Source: Candidatus Aphodomorpha intestinavium
Lineage (GTDB): Bacteria; Bacillota; Clostridia; Christensenellales; CAG-138
Direction of reading: 5' to 3'
Assembly (NCBI GenBank): GCA_018713965.1
Contig: DVNZ01000133.1
Location: 1-29,871 of the forward strand
Length of the DNA stretch: 29,871 nt
The notes beneath the pieces are model-generated. The model was not told the origin of the DNA and searched no databases. It saw nothing but the letters and a program-made list of their open reading frames with translations. Of this stretch, positions 25,118 to 29,871 are shown one piece after another; position 1 is the first letter of the stretch, and each line of letters opens with the position of its first letter. A program made the position numbers and the translations under genes.

Positions 25118-25687
25118 TTACTCCACGCGGGATACGCCGCCGGCGGGCGTGGCGTTCATGTTCTCCACGAGGATGTCCGTGCTGCGCACGTGCACGCCCG
25201 TCAGGCTCTCGATATAGGTCTTGAGGCTCTGCTGCAGCTCCTCGGTGAGCTTGACCGCATCCGTATCGGGCAGCACATGCAGCCGGATGCCGATGGAAAC
25301 GCCGTCCTCGGCGGCGCGCACGGTGCTGTAGCAGTCGCGCACGCGCGCCTGCGCGCGGCAATGCCGCTGCACCATGCTGTCGATGGCGGGCAGCGTGATG
25401 AACGCGCCGCCGATCTCGCTCTGGCGGATCAGCGCCGTGGTGGGCTGCGCGGGCGCCTTGGCGCCGCGCCCGGCAAAGAGCAGCTTGATCGAGATGGCCA
25501 GCAGCACCAGCCCCACGCCCGCGAGGATCAGCGCGTTCTGCCAGGCATAGTAGAACAGCGAGATGAACCCCGTCACCATATCCTCGGGGATGAGGTTGGC
25601 CGCCATGCCAAAGAGCACGAACGAAAAGACGATGGCGATGATCAGCAGCAGCGCGAGCAGCACGCGGTCAAAAACACTCAGCTTCAT
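25118..25687 (-). CDS. amaP: alkaline shock response membrane anchor AmaP
   Basis: Two N-terminal transmembrane segments, then IRQSEIGGAFITLPAIDSMV...EELQQSLKTYIESLTGV.V; follows asp23. Confidence 0.8.
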   Translation of the reverse strand: MKLSVFDRVLLALLLIIAIVFSFVLFGMAANLIPEDMVTGFISLFYYAWQNALILAGVGLVLLAISIKLLFAGRGAKAPAQPTTALIRQSEIGGAFITLPAIDSMVQRHCRAQARVRDCYSTVRAAEDGVSIGIRLHVLPDTDAVKLTEELQQSLKTYIESLTGVHVRSTDILVENMNATPAGGVSRVE

Positions 25688-25725
25688 GCGGGAGGTCCCC
25701 CTTTCACTTGCATCTTCGGTAAACG

Positions 25726-25754
25726 GGGCGGGGCATATGCGCTACACCCCGCCC
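25726..25754 (-). terminator. GC-rich hairpin between asp23 and amaP (weak terminator or processing/stability element)
   Basis: GGGCGGGG-13 nt-CCCCGCCC, extendable by G.U pairs on the minus strand; only a short U run (CGTTTA) follows. Confidence 0.4.
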
Positions 25755-25782
25755 GCACTTGATCCTTCAGGAGACACGCATG

Positions 25783-26241
25783 TTATTTGACGCGCGGCGG
25801 CTCCGGGAGCTTCTCCTCCTTGGGCGGCTTTTCCTTCTTCTCCTTCTTTTCCTTTTCCGGCTCGGCCGGCTTTTCAAACACGACGGACTGCACAAAGACG
25901 TTGACCTCGACCACGCGCAGGCCGGTCATGGTCTCGATGGCGTTCTTGACCGCGTTTTGCAGGTTCTGGCACACTTCCTGGATGGCAAAGCCGTAGCGCA
26001 CGTTGATCGAGATGTCCACGGCCGCTTCCTCGCTGCCGACCTCAACCTTGACGCCCTTGGTCAGGTTCTTCTTGCCGAGCATCTCGGTGATGCCCTCGAC
26101 CACGCCGCCGCTCATGCCGGCCACGCCCGCCACGTCGGCTGCGGCCAGCGCCGCGATGGTCGCTATCACGTCGTTTGCAAATATGATCTTGCCGCTGTCG
26201 GCGCTCTTGACTTCCAGTCCGGTCTCAACGGTTTCCGCCAT
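25783..26241 (-). CDS. Asp23/Gls24 family envelope stress protein
   Basis: GKIIFANDVIATIAALAA..V.GV.GM, KGVKVEV, VDISINVRYG, VKNAIETMTGL.VVEVNVFV; Lys/Glu/Pro-rich tail. Confidence 0.93.
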   Translation of the reverse strand: MAETVETGLEVKSADSGKIIFANDVIATIAALAAADVAGVAGMSGGVVEGITEMLGKKNLTKGVKVEVGSEEAAVDISINVRYGFAIQEVCQNLQNAVKNAIETMTGLRVVEVNVFVQSVVFEKPAEPEKEKKEKKEKPPKEEKLPEPPRVK

Positions 26242-26271
26242 ACTATCAGCCTCCTCAGGTATTTGTTTCTC

Positions 26272-26300
26272 ATTATACCAGTTCCTGCACGGGCTGTAAA
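26272..26300 (-). promoter_or_regulatory. sigma-A-type extended -10 promoter for the asp23-amaP-nusB... operon
   Basis: TTTACA-17 nt-TATAAT with TGn. Confidence 0.8.
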
Positions 26301-26324
26301 GCGAAAGCCGCGCAAAACCGCGCG

Positions 26325-26855
26325 CTACTGCGCGGTGGTGACCTTGACGTTTTCCGCCGGCTCGCCCGTCTCGCGGATGACGATATCGAGCACCTGGGCG
26401 ACCTGCTCCTCCGAGAGCGACTCGGCCGAAAGGATGACGTTCACGGAGCCGGCGTGCAGCGTCACCGCCGCGTCGGCAAAACCCTTGGCCTTGAGCAGGC
26501 TCTCGACCGTCAGCTCCTTTTCCATGTTGTTCACGATGTCGAGCTTCTGCTGCTGCGCGTCGGAGAGCGTCTGCTGGTCCGCCCCCTGCTCGATGATCGC
26601 ATCGAGGTAATCGATCTCCTTTTCGCGCGTGGTGTCGCGGTCGGCGCGGAAGGCGGCAAAGAAGCCCTGCGCGCCGGATGCGCCGGCCGACACGGCGTCC
26701 TCGTCCTGCCCGGCGGCCTGCTGCCCCGCCTGCCCGTCCGCGCCCGCGCCGATGAGGATGTTGGCCGCGACCGCGCCGCACAGCAGCAAGCCCACGCCCA
26801 CCAGCGTCCAGACCTTCCTGTTCCACCGGATGTGGAACCCGCTCCATTTTTTCAT
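26325..26855 (-). CDS. spoIIIAH: stage III sporulation protein AH
   Basis: N-terminal TM, FFAAFRADRDTTREKEI..L, E...ESLLKAKGFADA.V, VNVIL, QVAQVLDIV.RETG; last gene of spoIIIA. Confidence 0.92.
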   Translation of the reverse strand: MKKWSGFHIRWNRKVWTLVGVGLLLCGAVAANILIGAGADGQAGQQAAGQDEDAVSAGASGAQGFFAAFRADRDTTREKEIDYLDAIIEQGADQQTLSDAQQQKLDIVNNMEKELTVESLLKAKGFADAAVTLHAGSVNVILSAESLSEEQVAQVLDIVIRETGEPAENVKVTTAQ

Positions 26856-26867
26856 TGCGATTCCTCC

Positions 26868-27491
26868 TTACTGATTTGGCTGCGCGCTCCGTTCAAACAC
26901 CTCGATGCGCGAAAGCGGGATATCGAGCACCGCGCGCACGGCGCGCTGCAGGTCGAGCCGGACTTCGATATCCGCCGCGCCCTCGGCGACGACGATCACC
27001 CCGCGCACGACGGGCTCGATCTCCTTGAGCACGATGGGCTCGTTCCCCCCGCTGCCGGAGACGGTCGCAGGCTCCGTGCTCTCGGTCGACTGCTGCGACG
27101 AGCTGCTGCGCGACCCCTCGCTCGTTTCCGAGCCGGTGCTGTTGACGTTTGTGGACATGGCGGGCACGATCTCCGGTCCGGAGTCGTAGGTGATCATCAC
27201 GTCCACCCGCCCGGCGCCGCGGATGCAGGAGAGCACCTGCTCGAGCCGCTCCTCCAGCTCCGCCGCCGCAAGCTCCCCCTGCGCGGCGGCCGGCTGCTCC
27301 CCCTGCGCGGCGGCCGGTTCGCCCTTTCCGGCCCCGCCGAGCAGGTACAGCGCCACGACCAGCAGCGCGACGCCGCCGTAAACGGCCAGCTCCACGCGGC
27401 GGTCCGCGCGCATGCGCATGAGCAGCCGCCGCCAGAGGGCGTTCCCCTCCGCCGGGCGCGCCGCCGCGCCCGCCTCCGCTTCCCGCTTCAT
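26868..27491 (-). CDS. spoIIIAG: stage III sporulation protein AG
   Basis: TM, then LEERLEQVLSCIRGAGRVDVMITY, PVVRGVIVVAEGA, AVRAVLDIPLSRIEVF. Start 27491 chosen from AGGA spacing. Confidence 0.92.
   Translation of the reverse strand: MKREAEAGAAARPAEGNALWRRLLMRMRADRRVELAVYGGVALLVVALYLLGGAGKGEPAAAQGEQPAAAQGELAAAELEERLEQVLSCIRGAGRVDVMITYDSGPEIVPAMSTNVNSTGSETSEGSRSSSSQQSTESTEPATVSGSGGNEPIVLKEIEPVVRGVIVVAEGAADIEVRLDLQRAVRAVLDIPLSRIEVFERSAQPNQ
27272..27317. repeat. in-frame tandem duplication, 24-nt period, in spoIIIAG
   Basis: GCTCCCCCTGCGCGGCGGCCGG exact at 27272-27293 and 27296-27317; encodes PAAAQGEQ/PAAAQGEL. Confidence 0.9.
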
Positions 27492-27541
27492 ACCCGTCCT
27501 TTCCGGCCCCCGCCGCACAGGCGGGGGCGCCGTCTTTTCAA

Positions 27542-27570
27542 AACTTATACGCCCCATGCGTCAAATATGC
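27542..27570 (-). promoter_or_regulatory. internal sigma-E-type promoter for spoIIIAG-AH
   Basis: GCATATT-14 nt-TATAAGTT at the 3' end of spoIIIAF, where the internal spoIIIA promoter of B. subtilis is known to lie. Confidence 0.55.
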
Positions 27571-27724
27571 CCATGATCTGCGCGGCGGCGGCGGATGCAA
27601 ACGCAATCCCGACGGCCGTCGCCGCCGCGCCGCGCAGCGCGCCCTCCGGCACGAGCAGCTCCGCCGCGCCGGCCAGCAGCGCCATGACCGCCAGGCGGAT
27701 GAACAGCGCGGCAAACCATTCCAT
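27545..27724 (-). CDS. spoIIIAF: miniature SpoIIIAF-like protein (59 aa, transmembrane hairpin only)
   Basis: MEWFAALFIRLAVMALLAGAAELLVPEGALRGAAATAVGIAF resembles the AF N-terminus (..E.L.P....+.Y.+...G). GGAGG lies 7 nt before the ATG at 27724; it sits between AE and AG. Hidden at the end of the 27545..29182 track ORF. Confidence 0.7.
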   Translation of the reverse strand: MEWFAALFIRLAVMALLAGAAELLVPEGALRGAAATAVGIAFASAAAAQIMGIFDAWGV

Positions 27725-27753
27725 GCGGGCCCCTCCTTCCCATGCGCGCGCCC

Positions 27754-29025
27754 TCAGGCGACCATGGCAAGCCCCGTCAGCCCCGTCATCAGGGCGACGG
27801 TTACAAGAAACATCAGCGCCACGGCGAGCGTGGCGGCAAAGAGGAACGAGAGCATATCCGCCGCCGCGGAGAACATCGCCGGCAGCTGCGCGCCGGAGAG
27901 CGGCTCGGCCAGCGCCGCCGCCGCGCGCAACAGCAGCATCTGCACCGCAAGGCGCATGAGCGGCAGCAGCACGACCGACAGCGTCAGCAAAATGGCCGCA
28001 AGCCCGGCCGCGTTCTTGACCAGCAGCGCGCAGCCGAGCATGGTGTCCATCGTGCCGGACACCATGCCGCCGACCATCGGCACCAGGCTCGACGCGGCGT
28101 ACTTGGCCGTGCGGATGGCCACGCCGTCGTAGGCGGCGGCCGCCATGCCGCGCACGGCGGTCGCGCCCAGGTACAGGGCGGACACCGCGCCGGTGAGCCA
28201 TTTGGCGAGGCGCTTGAGCAGCCCCGCCGTCTCGCCCATGCGCACGCGCGCGCTCAGCGCGCCGACGAGCCCCATCACGCCGCCCGCCACGGCCAGCGGC
28301 ACCACCGCGCCGCGCATGGCGCCCGTGACCGTGCCGCACAGCGCCGTCATGGCCGGCTGGAACACGCCCGCGGACGCGACGCCGCCCACCGCGGTGAGCA
28401 GCAGCGTCAGTGCCGGCAGCGCCAGCTCCATGAACGCGGCGAGCGTATCCATGCACGAGAGCACGAGCGTTACCGGCGAAAGCGACGCGGCGAGCACGGC
28501 CGAGAGCGAAAAGCAGCGGCAGACAAAGCCCGCCGCGTCCTGCACGCCGGCCTCGCGCCCGGCCGTGAGCGCCTGCACCAGCGCCGTGAGGAACGCGAGC
28601 CCCAGCAGCGTGAGCAGCAGCCCGGCCGAGGCGCGCGCCTGGCCGAGCAGCACCCCGCCGAGCTGGCGCAGCAGCGCGTCCGGCGCGCCGTCCATGCCGC
28701 CGGAGGCCCATTCCCCCACGAGCGTCTCGAGATCCGCGTCCGCCCAGAGCGCGCGCACATCCTGCGGCAGCGACGCAAGGAATGCCTGCCAGGCGGCAAG
28801 ATCCAGTTCGCCCAGCCAGGCGTTCACCCCGTCCTCGATGGACAGGTCGCCCTCCTCCGCAGCCGCGCCCGGATTGCCCGTCCCCAGGTCGGGCTCCGCT
28901 GTGACGCCGATCTCCGCCGCCTCCCCGCCGGTCCCGTCCGCAGCCGCGCCCGCCAGCGCCGCGCCGGGCGGCAGGCACAGCAGCAGAAGAAGCAGCAGCA
29001 GGATCAGCGGCGCGCGCCGCCTCAC
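27754..29025 (-). CDS. spoIIIAE: stage III sporulation protein AE
   Basis: Signal peptide, FMELALPAL..LL.AVGG..SAG.FQP, YDGVAIRTAKYA..SLVPMVGG..SGTMDT..GCALLVKNAAG. Confidence 0.93.
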   Translation of the reverse strand: MRRRAPLILLLLLLLLCLPPGAALAGAAADGTGGEAAEIGVTAEPDLGTGNPGAAAEEGDLSIEDGVNAWLGELDLAAWQAFLASLPQDVRALWADADLETLVGEWASGGMDGAPDALLRQLGGVLLGQARASAGLLLTLLGLAFLTALVQALTAGREAGVQDAAGFVCRCFSLSAVLAASLSPVTLVLSCMDTLAAFMELALPALTLLLTAVGGVASAGVFQPAMTALCGTVTGAMRGAVVPLAVAGGVMGLVGALSARVRMGETAGLLKRLAKWLTGAVSALYLGATAVRGMAAAAYDGVAIRTAKYAASSLVPMVGGMVSGTMDTMLGCALLVKNAAGLAAILLTLSVVLLPLMRLAVQMLLLRAAAALAEPLSGAQLPAMFSAAADMLSFLFAATLAVALMFLVTVALMTGLTGLAMVA

Positions 29026-29420
29026 GGCGCGGCGCGGCGCAGCAGCTCCGCCGCGGAGGCGAGCATGGCGACGGCCGCCGGCAGCGCCGCCGCGAGCACG
29101 AGCACGCGCCCGGCCAGCTCCACCTTGGCCGCCGCGGCCGATTCGCCCGCGTCCCGGCAGATCTGCACGCCGAACTGCGCAAGGTAGGCGATGCCTATGA
29201 TCTTGAGCAGCACGCCCAGATAGCCCTCGTCCACGCCGTACTGCCGCGCCGCGGCGCGCAGCGCATCGATCACGCCCGTCAGCTCGCCCACAACGCTCAG
29301 CAGCACGGCGATGCCCGTTGCAACGCCGATGAGCAGCGCAAGCTCCGGACGGAAGCTGCGCACGGTCAGCGCAAGCGTCACGCCCAGCACCGCAAGGCCG
29401 ACGATGGTGAAGATGCGCAA
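29022..29420 (-). CDS. spoIIIAD: stage III sporulation protein AD
   Basis: VRSFRPELALLI, YLGVLLKIIGIAYLAQFGVQICRDAGESA.A.KVELAGRVLVL. TTG at 29420 has better SD spacing than 29426. Confidence 0.95.
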   Translation of the reverse strand: MRIFTIVGLAVLGVTLALTVRSFRPELALLIGVATGIAVLLSVVGELTGVIDALRAAARQYGVDEGYLGVLLKIIGIAYLAQFGVQICRDAGESAAAAKVELAGRVLVLAAALPAAVAMLASAAELLRRAAP

Positions 29421-29460
29421 GCCCAACCCCCTCCCTTCGGGGCGCGCCGCACGGGCGGCG

Positions 29461-29658
29461 TCAGTACAGGTGGAACGTCTGGCGCACGGTGCTGAGCAGC
29501 TCCTCCACCATATCGAGCATCATGAGCAGGCCGATGATCAGCCCGGCGATGGCCGCGATGGTGGCCAGCTCGTCGCGCCCGCTCTGCTTGAGCAGCTGCG
29601 TCACGATGGCCGCGATCACGCCGACGCCCGCGATCTTGAACAGGATCTCCACATCCAT
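29461..29658 (-). CDS. spoIIIAC: stage III sporulation protein AC
   Basis: MDVEILFKIAGVGVIAAIVTQLLKQSGRDE; ATG 29658 after GAGGTG. Confidence 0.95.
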   Translation of the reverse strand: MDVEILFKIAGVGVIAAIVTQLLKQSGRDELATIAAIAGLIIGLLMMLDMVEELLSTVRQTFHLY

Positions 29659-29668
29659 ACGCACCTCG

Positions 29669-29871
29669 TCACAGCAGCAGCAGCGCGACGGCCGCGCCGC
29701 AGAGCGCGCCCATCGCGCGGCAGACGCGCCCCCGGCTGCCGTACGCCGCGTCCGCCTCCTCCCGCCGGCGCTCCAGCTGCGCAAGCGCCAGCTCCGCGTT
29801 GCGCTTTTCGCCCTCCATCCCGGCCGCGCCGAGCGACTCCATGAACGCGCGCAGCACCGCCCGGTCGCCCG
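29669..29871 (-). CDS. spoIIIAB: stage III sporulation protein AB, 3' end only (cut by the window edge)
   Basis: F.ESLG.....GEKRN.ELALAQL....EEA......GRVCR.MG.L.GAAVALLLL; upstream of spoIIIAC. Confidence 0.85.
   Translation of the reverse strand, partial: GDRAVLRAFMESLGAAGMEGEKRNAELALAQLERRREEADAAYGSRGRVCRAMGALCGAAVALLLL

Noticed and set aside
1-29871. CRISPR arrays, tRNA/rRNA genes, transposases, prophage or defence genes
   Set aside because: None seen. The window is almost fully tiled by recognisable housekeeping and sporulation genes with short intergenic gaps.

Overview
GC-rich chromosomal window from a spore-forming Clostridia-type Firmicute (lineage inferred from gene content). It has no mobile elements, CRISPR arrays, tRNA or rRNA genes. 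Most of it (about 8-29.9 kb, minus strand) is the conserved spoIIIA(B-H), asp23, amaP, DUF2273, nusB, TsaD-like, xseAB, ispA, dxs, tlyA, nadK, argR, recN, spoIVB, spo0A, spoIIM, deoB, dac, site-2 protease, scpAB block. The left end holds xpt-guaA plus an ATP-pyrophosphatase-only guaA paralog, rpsT, an APH/choline-kinase-like gene and a yerC(hisR)-rqcH-rdgB-phosphoesterase cluster. The gene order is ordinary, but several proteins deviate at key residues. (1) The Spo0A at the canonical locus has lost its phosphorylation chemistry (D10F, D11R, D56E, Lys to Arg) and has a changed recognition helix. (2) The DacF-like protein lacks all three catalytic motifs. (3) SpoIIIAF is reduced to a 59-aa transmembrane hairpin. 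(4) dxs is frameshifted at the inter-domain linker. (5) A HisR-like palindrome lies inside the yerC-rqcH-rdgB promoter. All protein assignments come from motif recognition by eye; no database searches were run.
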